Made by a program: the position numbers and the translations under genes. Positions 13,077 to 24,893 of a DNA stretch of 64,000 nucleotides are shown here, piece by piece. Source of the stretch: Vermamoeba vermiformis (taxonomy: Eukaryota); contig JBEWZL010000306.1 in the NCBI GenBank assembly GCA_045837725.1, forward strand, positions 1-64,000, in the 5' to 3' direction. Position 1 is the stretch's first letter. Every line of letters begins with the position of its first letter. The notes under the pieces are model-generated. The model searched no databases. It worked only from the letters and a program-made list of their open reading frames with translations, and had not been told where the DNA came from.

Positions 13077-15167
13077 ATGGTTGATAATGCCTCGAGTTTT
13101 TACTATTTGCTTGCTTAGCTATCTAGCGTTCCTAAGCACGGTGGAGAGTTTCAAAGTACTCTTCCCACCCCACTTGGAGGGCGTTTATAATAGTCCATTT
13201 TTGCCAAGTTTCCCTACAAACATGTAAGTATTATTATTGGCGCCTTTGCATTTTTAAGTTTTGCCAATAATTGTTTACTTTTGCCGCAGATCCAAAGACA
13301 AGCCAGTCGTTGCAAGGCTAACAGGAAGCTTCGCTGAAACAGGGCCGTATGAGGGTACTATTTTATTGGGCTGTATTGAGGATGAGATTGGAACGTAAGT
13401 TTATTTAATTTTATTTTAATAATTTCAGATGCGTAAAGACTCCCGACTCTGAATAAAACTGCATTTTCAGCTGTTAAAGTAGCAAATTATTCAAGACATG
13501 TTTTTTGGTTGTAATGGACGTTCAGTTAGAGTCGTAATTCATTCGTACTTTCCTAAATAAGAACTCAAAGATAACATAACCTAACTAAGTTATCTCTAAC
13601 ATTCTTGGTACTAGAATGGAGGATATCATACGTAGAGGAATGCGAAACTATCCTGGAATAATTGGGTGGCTCAGCTGCTCCGTATTTACGGGTAAGCAGA
13701 GCCTTCGTAAATCTAGACGATCTGACATCTGCTTCATAGATGTTCCTGGAGCGATTCAATATTCATTCGATGGCACCGATCGAACGGATATTGGTATTCC
13801 TGTTTGGGACTCGGGGCTTGCAAACATAAGACCTGTCAGAGATTTTATGCGGAGTGACGCTCCGAATCGAACAGTAGTCATTGAAATTGATTTTGATGGT
13901 AAGCAAGTGGTTTCGTAGTTTAATGCGCACTGATAATAAGCAGAAACAGGCGTATTGCAACATTTTTTTGCTTTTACCCAAAGTGGACATGATCTTGAAT
14001 TAACGTATTCAACTGTAGACGTGAATGAATGGACAGCAGTCAATGATTTGGGAGTTAAAACGATGTTCAGTGTGGTCGTTGGAGGCTTTGCTTTTGCAGT
14101 TGCCGGTGTAGCCCTTGCTAAACAAGTGGTAAGATCGGTTAATAACCTAATCGTGTATTATTAATTTAACTATACTTAGATGTTCCTACGAGCTCAAGGG
14201 CCTACCCGAAACTTACCTCAAATTATTTTGTGGATTGAGTTTTTCGCGAACCTTGGTACGCAACATTGTGATACGAAATGTCGAATGCACTATTAATATT
14301 ATTATTATTATAGAGCGAGGTGTATATTCAGCTGTTGATCCGTTGTTGAGCGGTCGATTCATCTTTCCTTTCTTCGCTGCGAACATTTTACCAACAATTT
14401 CGCTCCCTGCTTATGCCACCACTTCGCTATTGATTACATTATATTGGTGAGTATATTTAAAGCTCTTAATCGATAATTATAATCCTTTGATTTGAGACAA
14501 ATGAGTATAGCGCCGATAGTTCGGCCAATTTTTTTTAATCTGATGTTGCCTTTTTAGGAAAGAAGTGTTGTCCAACAAACAGATGAAAGTCGTTACATTC
14601 TTAGACAAGATGAAGGTCTATTTCTTGGTGTTTGTGTCATTGACTTGGGCCATCGAGATCATCAATGCGTTCTTGCGGTCATTTGGAATTGGTCCGTTCT
14701 TCATCCTCTTCGTCATTGTATCGATATTCTACTTTATCGTATCAGTTCTTACTGCCATATTCTTCCTTTATTATGGTCGCAAACTGCTTGGTACTTTGAA
14801 CGATCCTGGTGTTGCAAAGGCCGAATCAAAATCCAGCAAATTCAAAGTACGCTGATGAACGATAATATATAGAGTTCGTTATTGACAAATATTATATTAC
14901 TAGGCAGTTAGAATGTTAGTGACGAGTGCAGTTTTTGAGCTGGTGTACAGTACGATCCTCATCATGCCTGCAACGCCAGTCTATTTCCGGCCACTTGGAT
15001 TCTTTGCAGTTAACTTTGTTGCCTTTTTGCTCATGATTGCGATCAGTTTGATCAAGATCTTGGCGTTTGTTGCTCCCTCTGCTTCACCGAAGCATTCAAA
15101 CTCGCCGAAAAATTCAGAAGCGATGACGCCTCGCTCTCCTTCTACTTCGCGAAATGTACAAATATAA
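13077..15167 (+). CDS. PA-domain + 7TM receptor-like protein, paralog 2A
   Basis: Signal peptide, DVPG...DGTDRTDIGIPV, VVIEIDFD.DVNEW, then about 7 TM segments (AVDP, ITLYW, FFLYYG) and an S/T-P-rich tail. Confidence 0.75.
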
Positions 15168-15228
15168 ATGATTGTAATATTAACTTTAAAAACATCGAAA
15201 TTTTTTACTTCAAACGATACAAGACAAG

Positions 15229-16097
15229 ATGAGCGCAACAGAAGACAAAATAGCTACTCAAGAGGCGCCCAAATATTGTCCTGTATGCTGTTTGATACGT
15301 AGTGGTGCCTTAGGAGGGTGAGCAGAGCCAACTTTATTTCCGCTCCGATGCTATACTCGGGCTGATCTATTTCCAAACAATAATTAAAAATTATTCATCA
15401 TCATTATAATACACAATACATATCATAGGTCAATATTTGTATTTATTCCGATCAGTAGCAATTTTTGTTGATTTTAAACAATTTGTTTTTGTATCAGCAT
15501 GGCTGGCACAGCAGCAGGAGGATCGATCATGGCTCTGATGTCCGGTTATCGCGTACTAAACAAGTCAATGACATCTTCTAAAGGCATTCAGTCAATACTG
15601 ATTGCAGCCATTGGAACTGGCATTGGTTTTGCTGCGACATTCACTGGGTAAGTTCACTATCAGTGACTAATATCACATAATGATACTCATATTAATATTA
15701 ATACTAATATGTACGACCATAGATATGCATTTGGATCACATCGATGGCAGTCATTGGACGTGAACTCATTTAATGTTCTTGGTGCGACAGCTGCTGCCTC
15801 TGGAGGTGAGCATTTTATTATAACAACGATACATATATATCAAATACATTCATATTAACATAATGATATGCTTCAGCGATGGCTACCTCTCTTTACTGTG
15901 GTTATTTATGGAGTGATCTGATCAACGATCAACCTCCACGTCACTCCAAAATACTAAGAACAGGTCTGATTGCATCAAGTTGTGCATTTGTAGTGGGAGG
16001 AGTGGCAGTCAAGTCGTTGTATCGCTATCTTGTGTTGAAAAGAAAAGTGGGTCTGATCTGCGTGCCAGGACTGTTGGAGAGCGAGAACCTCAAATAA
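15229..16097 (+). CDS. Small Gly/Ala-rich multi-pass membrane protein, copy A
   Basis: MSATEDKIATQEAPKYCPVCC...GALGG splices in frame to MAGTAAGGSIMALM; exon structure is conserved in the inverted copy. Confidence 0.6.
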
Positions 16098-16554
16098 TGG
16101 ACACCTAAAGAGTCAGCGCCTACTAAACTTAGTGTTCGATATTATGACACTGCGCATCATCTTGCAAGAAGGCATATTCCGAGAACATCAGAATATCGCG
16201 AGAATAACATTATATCAGTAAAATTAATACGCAGCGTATCGCTATCAACTCACAAACCTGCACCTGAGCTCCAGTGAGCCAAGGTATGTCGATCGCCAAA
16301 CAGACCTAAAGATCCACCCAATTATTTAATTGAATTATTTCTTTTCAGAATAAGATACGGTCAACTTCGACCTCAACTCCGAAATTGCAAGGGATTGCAG
16401 TCTAATTCGTTGACAAACCTGACAGGTGATTTGGACCAGCTCAGAAAATAATTGCGGTCCCGTAAGTTAATCTTTTATAGAAAACCGAGTAAATTTTATT
16501 TTAACATTATTTCTTCTGCAGTCAATCCGCCAACAATCGAACGAGACTCGTGAG

Positions 16555-18854
16555 ATGCGCCATCCGATCTGCCACCTCGCAGTATTACTGGTCTTAGCTT
16601 CGCTAATATCATTAGCGACCACTCAATCATATGAAATTGTATACGCGCCAATGCCTCCTCAACCAAGCACCTCAACGGATGTGGTCGGATTCATCTTTCA
16701 GAACCCCACCAATCAGTCCTTGCCCGCTCAACATGTAGTCTTTGGTCATCCATTCAGTGTTGGTCAAATCAAAACTGCTGCTTCATCCGTCGTTGTCCTA
16801 GCTACTACCCCTGACTCCGCAAGTGTGCCCATCCAGCTCAGTGTAAAAGCGACTCACAGTGATGGTTCAGTGAAACACGCAGTGCTCGTCGCACAACAGC
16901 CGCTAATTGCCGCCAACGAGTCCTTGCCTCTAATGTTGACAACGACTAGTCCCGCCACCGTTGGTCCAACCGTCGACTTGCACAACTTCCCTTCAAGCTC
17001 AGTCACCGTGTCACTTTCAATCACGCGCCCTGCCACTCAGTCATTCAGTGTTGACGTGTCTCAAGCACTGAAAGACGCGTTGTCATCCAACAGCGTGTCG
17101 TACTTCTTTCAAGGACCCTTGGCCACGCAAGGAAGAGTCGTTCTGCCCGTCATTGTGAGCTCATTCCGCATGGCATTCGATGTGACGCTGTTCTCAGACA
17201 ACACGTTCTCCGTCGACATTCAGTTCTTGAACGACATTGCGATGTCACCTGTTGGAGGCTCACTCGCGTACGACACAACTATCAGCGCCAATGGAGCAAC
17301 TGTGTACAACGCGTTGAATCTGACACACTACCAGTATCAGACATGGCACTACGTGTGCTACTCAGATCAAGAGCCACGAGTGAATGTTCAATATGACATC
17401 TTGGGCCTTATTCAAGCGAACGTTATTCAACCTTACAACTACACCAACGGTATCCATCAAAGAATTATCGACGATGCAGTCAATCAGGTCCTCAGTTCAC
17501 CCACGTGGGGCCAACCCTTCGACAAGTACGGCGTGACACGATACATGCCAATGACAGGTGGTCGTCCCGACATTGGTCCTGCTCCTCTTTGGGCAGCAGC
17601 TTGGGTCATCTCGCAGAACAACGTCTTGCGTCAAGTCGTGCTTGGATGGGGTGAAGCAGCTGGTTCAGTGCCTTGGAACTACTTTGCGAAGAACACGTCA
17701 CCATGGCTGAACGTGTTTGACTACCCGGGTCTGTGGTACGACACTCGCTGTGCTCGGTACGCTGTGTGCCCGACACAATGGACAGAAGAAGACACTTGGA
17801 CTCCCGACATTGCACACTTGCCCAGCTTGGCCTACATCCCCTACTTGATCACGGGCAGAAGATATTATATCGATCGCATGGAAGCTATTGCTGCATGGGC
17901 TCCTGGCAGTCACTGGGATGCTCTACGATCAGTCTTTGGTCCGACAGAGTTGGGCTTGGTACGGCGAACAACTTCGTGGTGCAGCGTGGGCTCTCCGCGA
18001 GATTGTGTTGGCATCGTACATCAGTCCTGACGACTCGTCCCTGCAAGACTACTACGAGAGAATGATGTTCAATCACATGTCTTGGCTCGTCAATCAGACT
18101 GCAGGGTGGCAAAGCCAGTCAGCTGAAGTCTACGGCTACATGTTGAACTACAACACGATTGGCTATCCAGGCGGAGCTGTGGGTATTGCAGCGTGGCAGA
18201 ACGATTTTTTCACGAGCACAATCTCCATGGTCGCGAGACGAGGCAATGAAATGGCCAAACAGTACCTCAGATGGTCAAGAACCTGGAACGTTGGCAGATT
18301 CACGCACGAACCACAGTTCAAGCGTCACAACGCCATCTCCTCCGGAATGCATTTTGGCAACGGTACTTACTTTGTGCAAACGTGGGCAGAGTTGCAACAC
18401 GAGCAAGAGATTCGCGGCTGGGACAACGTCAACTTTGCGAGCAGCGGTGGATATTACGCACAGGTCGCAGAAATGTCGCTTGTCTTGCATCAAATTGAAG
18501 ACCCGACTGACACAGAGGCCGCGTCTGCTCATGCTTGGCTATTGTCATCCGGTGCCCCGTATTCAAATCTTTGGGACTTAAGAAACGATCCAACATTCGG
18601 GTAAGATCTAGATCTGACTCGCGTTGTCAACACTTTCTAATTGTATTATTGATATTAGTATGGCAACCTACCCAATGCGCGTCGCCTCACCGACAGCAGT
18701 AGTAACGAATCCACCATCGACGGGAAGTTCAAATCCAACTTCAGGCTCAAGTCCGACTGGAAACATAACACCAACTACTAGTGTGACATCACTGGCCATT
18801 CGATGTTGCAATTTGGTTGCATTGATGTTCGCTGCCCAATTAATTCTATTTTAA
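16555..18854 (+). CDS. Secreted, probably GPI-anchored, bacterial-like putative carbohydrate-active enzyme; frameshifted near 17960
   Basis: Signal peptide, ~2 kb intron-free region with motifs FGHPF..G, DGSVKHA, MPMTGGRPDIG, AHLP..AY.PYL.TG..YY.D, QLRGAAWALR and WQNDF. One intron (18601-18658) precedes an S/T/P stalk and hydrophobic C-terminus. ORFs 16555..18030 and 17888..18604 overlap in different frames. Confidence 0.65.
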
Positions 18855-19126
18855 GTAAAGCGGACTTTGTTAATTTTATTTAATTACGCTTGACGTGACA
18901 CTTTGACAAGTCAAGAAATAACATGAACAAGTTATCCTCGTGCTATTCACGATCGTTTATAATCGGACTTTATGGGTAGAACCTCCACAGACTCCGAATG
19001 CGATGATGCATCACAATATAAAATATTTCCTTTTTAGGTAATTAGTTTTGAATTGTTTTAAGCTTAAAAACACAACTGTTGCCAAACTATTTGAAAATTC
19101 AAACGACGACGTGATCACGACCACAA

Positions 19127-21329
19127 ATGAACATCTCAATTCAAGACGTTGCAGTTCTTCTGCTGTTGGTGGTTGTTCATATTGACAACGCATCGGCTAG
19201 CCGAGTAGTTTATCCTACGGGACCGTAAGTACTGAAATTAGCCGTTGTAAAATCAGTCACACGTATGTGAAAGCTAAAACAAACTCTACTATAGTTACCC
19301 TGAATTCAACACTCCTGTCATGACGAATGGCTTTGTAGGCGCACCATCCGAGTTTTCAGTCACTGCCAACATCACCGTTCAGGTAAAGATTTACATGATT
19401 AAGCATATCTACTTGCCGCCATGTCATTAAACAAACCTCCTTTTCAATTTCAGTCCTTACGGAACGTCGTTTCTAATTTTCCTTCTTTAGTACCCTGGAT
19501 GCTCTTCATATGCCGCCCCTGGTATGCTTGTGATATCAATGACTGGATGGTGCCATATCTCTGACAAGTTTAACTTGGCGAGAGAAGGTAAACTTGAGGC
19601 TAAATTAATTGTGCGGCAATGCCACGCAATTCAGCCAAAATAGGAAACGATATCTACATCGTGCTATGTTTAGCGATGAAAAATTACATCTTCATATTAT
19701 TATGCATAATGGCAATATCATATTTACGCATTGCATTCAACAGCTGGTGCCGTTGGATTCGTCTTTTCTGGATTTGAAGCGTTGGGTGTAGGAAGAATTT
19801 CTCGAGTACCAATTAGCAATACCCCACTTGACATACCCGCGGTCATAGTAAGCATTTACTGTGTAATAGGTTGACGCCTATCAGATCTAATCATGTTTCT
19901 GCAGATATCTTATCCCGACTTCGGCATGCTTTACGAAATAGCTAAAGCCACTGGATCGTACATAACGATAGAGATTACTCCAGGTGAGCTTCGACGGAGA
20001 ATAGGTCTAAAAATAGCGCCGCTAATTAATTGTCCAATTTTCATGAACTTGAACGAGATAGTAATCTCGTTGACATTTAGGCGTCAGCGAATGGCATACT
20101 AACGTTGGCAATACTGGCTGGTTCATCGCATTAAACATTCTGTTTGGTCTTTTCTACATTGCATTGCTTGCGCTCGTGATCTACAAGTTCGTCAGAAAAG
20201 TCAGATCTACCGGCTTCACTTTGAACATTAGCTTCGCATATCTGTTCTTCCAATTCGTATTCTGTGTTAGTAAGTATCATACTAGTATTACTATCATGAC
20301 TAAGATACCTGCAGTGATGATCATTCGATGGATTGATCCAGTCTTGACTTGGGGCATTATCAGCTACGACGCCGATGCGTTTATGGACACGTGGCCTGCG
20401 ACGTGGTCTTGTATCCTAAATTTCTATAATTCCTAAAGTAGACTTGTGGGGTTACATCCAGGATCTTACCTCCTTAAATTTCCGGAAAATTTTTCCTTAA
20501 CCGTTTTGATTCAATAGTCGCTGCATTAGTCCTGATGGCCTTCTTTTGGTTCGAAGTCATTAATCAGTTTGCCAATACTAAAGTACAGCCATTCTTAACA
20601 AAGAAGTAAGGCTAACCGAATACTTACCAAATTAGGCAAGTCAAATTTAACTCGCATTTTGTGTAGAATGCAAATACCCTTCTGGATACTCGTTGCCATT
20701 ATTATATTGTTGCCCGCTATCAACTCCATTGTCATCGGTTACGCGTCAATTCCCGAACTTTTGACCGCCCTTTTGATCATTCCATTCATTGCTGGCATGA
20801 TAGTCGCTGTATTCTATATCATCGTTGGTATGTATTGATCTCATTCAAATCTCACGAAGTTAAATTTAAATTTAAATCGATCTAGCTGTCAAAGCTTTGC
20901 AAGTCATTAAGAGATCTGAACGATTGAACGTTGACAAGAAATCTCGCGTTAAAGGCCTAATGAGAGTAAGTAACTACTACTATATTAGGCAATTTAGAAA
21001 TTGATTATTCGTACGAATCTTACCTGTTCTATATTTAGAGCCGAGTGTCCATCATTGCTTCAACAATCATTGCATGTATTTATCCTCCCTGCAACTTTTT
21101 CTTGCGCTACTACATTCTGACGGGCAATTTATACCTCGCATTGGCTGCACTCTACGAAGAATCCCTGTTCTTAGGTCTTATCACCTTTGTCCAAATTTGG
21201 TTCATGCCTGACAAATCACCAGGCATGTCCACAACTGCGGCTAGCCGAGGGTCGTACAGCCTGAACTCGCAGAAACCAACCAATGAGGACAAAACGACCA
21301 CGACCATCAATTCAACGGCCGAAGTGTAA
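19127..21329 (+). CDS. PA-domain + 7TM receptor-like protein, paralog 3
   Basis: Signal peptide; clearest PA signature (DKFNLARE-AGAVGFVF ... LDIPAVIISYPDFGMLYEIAKATGSYITIEITPG); TM region with VIYKF, WIDP, FFW, FYIIV; S/T-rich tail. Confidence 0.75.
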
Positions 21330-21382
21330 AGTTAGTAGAACCATTATTAGTGTAAAATTATGTGAAGTAAAGTTTTTCAAAA

Positions 21383-21394
21383 TGACACGTGTCA
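21383..21394. promoter_or_regulatory. TGACACGTGTCA palindrome, copy 2, between convergent genes
   Basis: Exact match to the recurrent 12-mer. Confidence 0.5.
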
Positions 21395-21428
21395 ACGCGT
21401 CAACTTTTTTACCAATCCGAAATCAACT

Positions 21429-24400
21429 CTAGTACGGCGGGAATAACACGTTCGCAAGCAAATTATCGCTAACTTGTTCTGACTTGGCGGGGCTCTTTGA
21501 CTTTGCAGCTCCTTTTGGCGTACCGCTCGTCGGCTTGTTCGCGTAGAACTTATCGATCTTGGCCTTTTCCTTTTTAGGCAATGGTGTAGCTTTCAATTTC
21601 TGTTGAGGATCGCGTTGCATTTCCCATACTCGCGGGTGTTTCTTGTAAATAGCTTGGTAATAAGAGGTCACCAGATCCACGAGCTGTCGGTCAAGGGACA
21701 CCACGGATTGAGTTTCCATTTTTGGCTCGTCTTTCATCAAATTCATGATCGGCGTGTCAAGCGATATAAGTGTCAACGTGTCACTTTGCAAGAACTTCTT
21801 TTCCAAATAAGGAAAGTCCGAGCCGTCAGCCTTGACGCCAATGTTGCAATAGAACGGCAAGTACACGTAAACAAATACGTATAACAGCGCTCTATTCTGC
21901 GGCATGAGGTAGCAATAATAGTTCAACATGTCTTCGAGATACTGCTGCGGGAACGGGTACTTGACACTTGAGATCTTCTGGTGCAGTTCACTGAAGTGCG
22001 ATAATTGTTGCAAAGTCATTTGATCTTTGGATCCGTACTTGAAAACGAGCGAAATTTCGTTAGGCTTAGTTTTGATATCCACCGCCTTCAATCCTTGAGG
22101 CAAGACTAGGCTACTATTGTTATTGTCTTGAGGCTTCATCACGACCAACTTGAAATCGTCTTGGGCGAGTGCGGTGAAGATGTGCTTTGACGGCACTAAA
22201 TAGCTCTTTTGCAGGTCTCGAATGAAAATATTCAAAGTTTTGAACTCGTACACGCTGTCAGTGTCCACGGGAACGTTCTTCCTCGTTGATTTTTTTGCCG
22301 CAGTAGGTGTTTTGGCACTTTCCTCGGCTAATTCATCAAGGTCTTCATCGCTTTCAAATTTCTTTGCAGAAGTTTTTGCCACTTTGGGCGCTGGTTTTGA
22401 CCCTTTTCCTTTTTTGATTGTCTGTGCCTTGGTGACAGTCGGAGATTTCAGTTTCAGTTGTATTTTTGGCATTTCTTCTTCGTCCGTAGATACATCTTCC
22501 TCGTCCTCTTCGTCTTCTTCGTCTTCAGAGTAAGAATCAAATTTAGATTTTTTCTTCATCGCACTACCAGGGGAGGCTTTCTTCTTCGCGGCCTTTGCGT
22601 CAGCACGCTTCGCTCGTTTTTCAAGGTGGTCCCAAGTCTCGGCTTCTTCATCGTCGTCATCCTCTTCCTCGAGCTCTTCGTCGGATCCGCCAAACAAGTT
22701 CTCGTACCTGCGTGGATCAGCAACTTGAAGTAATGTTAACTATGAACGTACCACTCATATATGATTTCTAATGTCTCTGTTAAGTGCTCCTCGACCATCA
22801 CAAAAAATTGAAGAGCGTGATATAAAATGTGGTATTCGGCACTCTTCTTTTCGATGCCGTTTTTCTGGATGTGGTAAGCGATTTCTAACTCTTCACGTTG
22901 GAACGCGTAAGCTCTATAGCTAGATTAGTAATTGCCTATAAACGCGCTTATTATCGTTGAACGTACCGTCGCAGAAACAAATCTTCAACTTCTTGCAGCA
23001 AGGCCTCGAACATGTCTTCCAAAGTGCTCTGTAAAATGGATTATTATAAGAGCAATATATACAATATGGACGTACTTGATATGACACACAGTCTACAGTA
23101 TCGTCAGTACGCGCAGATGTCGCAAAGTGGCGGATGCGGTTGATGTCTTCGGTAAGCCGGTTGAACAGCTTGGCTTGATCAGCCACCGAGTAGAACGCGC
23201 CAGTAGCATCCGCTAAATAAGTTAATTAGATTCGTGCACGACAGGACCTTTGCTCTTACCTTCCAGACGTTGGCGTCCTCGGATCTTGAAGATCATCTGT
23301 ACAACCCTGATCTGCGTTAGAAAACATCGAGCGAGGAAGAAATTAGCTACGTACTCTATAACGGCGCTGTAAACATTCTCGTTTTCAATCTGCAAGAGCT
23401 CGTCATCGAGGAGACTGTTCAGAAGGGTCGAATCCTCCAAAAACATATTTTCGCTGATGTATTGCACAGCTTGTTCAACGCCCTTGTAATAATCATCCTT
23501 TACGGACTAAAAAGAAACAGCGTTAGCAGGGGGTACTCGAGGTAAAAGTTTAAAAAAACAAAAAAAGGTATTGCATCGGAAGGGATTCGAACCCTTGCAT
23601 CCGAAGATATTGGAGCCTTAATCCAACCCCTTAGACCAACTCGGGCACCGATGCGATCGTTGATTTTGGGTCGCTCGAAAAACAGGGTGTCGTCCCTAAG
23701 ACAAAGAACTGCTGCTTACCTGGATGACAAATTGGTTCTTGAACCATTCTATGTCCTTTTCGGCATCTTGCTCCTTCAAAAACTTCTTCACTTTGTCCTC
23801 CACTTCCTTTTGGATGGTAGCTAACTCTTCTTCGGTCAATACAACCTCTTCTATTGGCTTGGCATCTAGAACGTCGCTCACGTTGGATTTCTCTTGTTTT
23901 TTCTTTTGTACTAGCTTATCATAAGTCTTCTTGCGGTATAGATTAACTTCTTGTCTAATTTGTTCGAGCGGGTTGTACTTCTGTGGTGTCTTGACTTGTC
24001 TTCGCGTGCCAGTTTCTAAAATCTTGCGTGCCTCTTTGACGACATTGTTGTCCTCGTTCAACAAGTCGCCGACTTCTGTATCTATAATAAGGTTAGCGCT
24101 ATTGAGGCATATATAATAGTAGCTCATACCCGGCACAGTCCCAGTCCTCAAGAACTCTTGTAGTGCGTGCAAGGTATTGGTGCTGAACGATTCCAAATCG
24201 ATTTCAATCTCATCTCCTTGTTGGATCTTCTCGAACTTTGAGACAATTTCAAGAATAGTAGGCAATTTATCAATGTCTATGTTTGAAATCTTCGCAACAA
24301 GCTCCTGCTTGTCCTCGAAACTGAACGCCATTAGCGAAGTGGGGTCAGTCGTCTCGGGTGGCTCAACAGCCTCATCGCTATCCTCCTCGTCGTCTGTATC

Positions 24401-24841
24401 CACGTCATTGAGTGCATCGGCAATCTTGTCTAGATAAGATAGGGTAAGATATTTTCAGATCCCGCCAAGGTGAAATTTAAGAAATCAAATTACAAGAATT
24501 TTTTGGTCAGTAGAATATTATAATATTCATTTGGTGAGCATTGAGATATTGCGTACGACCAATTAATAATATTATTTTTAAAATTAATAAGAAATCAAGA
24601 CTTAAGTATTTCTAGCTTAATGCTTACCAAGATTAAAATTGTTTTGGGTTTGTTCTAGCTTCGCTTCTTCAATAGGAAGAGGTTGATAAGTAATCACTTG
24701 CGCAACATTAATGGCAGATTTCGAGTTTGGACACGATCCAGTTGGCTTCGCCAGCAAGTCGTCATCCTCAATTACCACTATTTTTTCTCGAACAAATTTA
24801 ATTCGTTCATCTTCAATTTGTTGTGTTGTGGTTTTTTCCAT
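21429..24841 (-). CDS. ET (extra-terminal/NET) domain nuclear protein with acidic and Lys-rich regions, multi-exon
   Basis: FSFEDKQELVAKISNIDIDKLPTILEIV...DEIEIDLESFSTNTLHALQEFL matches the ET domain of BET/YEATS proteins. No bromodomain recognised. Exon 1 (from 24841) splices in frame to DKIADAL. Confidence 0.7.
23572..23654 (-). tRNA. trnL-AAG: tRNA-Leu(AAG), nested in an intron of the ET-domain gene
   Basis: Reverse complement GCATCGG...CCGATGC-A acceptor stem, D loop AGTTGGTCTAAG, anticodon arm TTGGA-TTAAGGC-TCCAA, long variable arm, GGTTCGAATCC T arm, downstream T runs. Confidence 0.97.
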
Positions 24842-24893
24842 TGTTTGAAAAGTAAAAAGCCGATCTGACGTTCGTTATTTTTCTGTCCTGATC

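Larger units (their letters stand above)
9818..16181 (+). repeat. Left arm of ~6.4 kb inverted segmental duplication
   Basis: Reverse complement of 33838-40239; the same ORFs appear on opposite strands (e.g. 11316..11507 + and 38557..38748 -). Confidence 0.95.
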
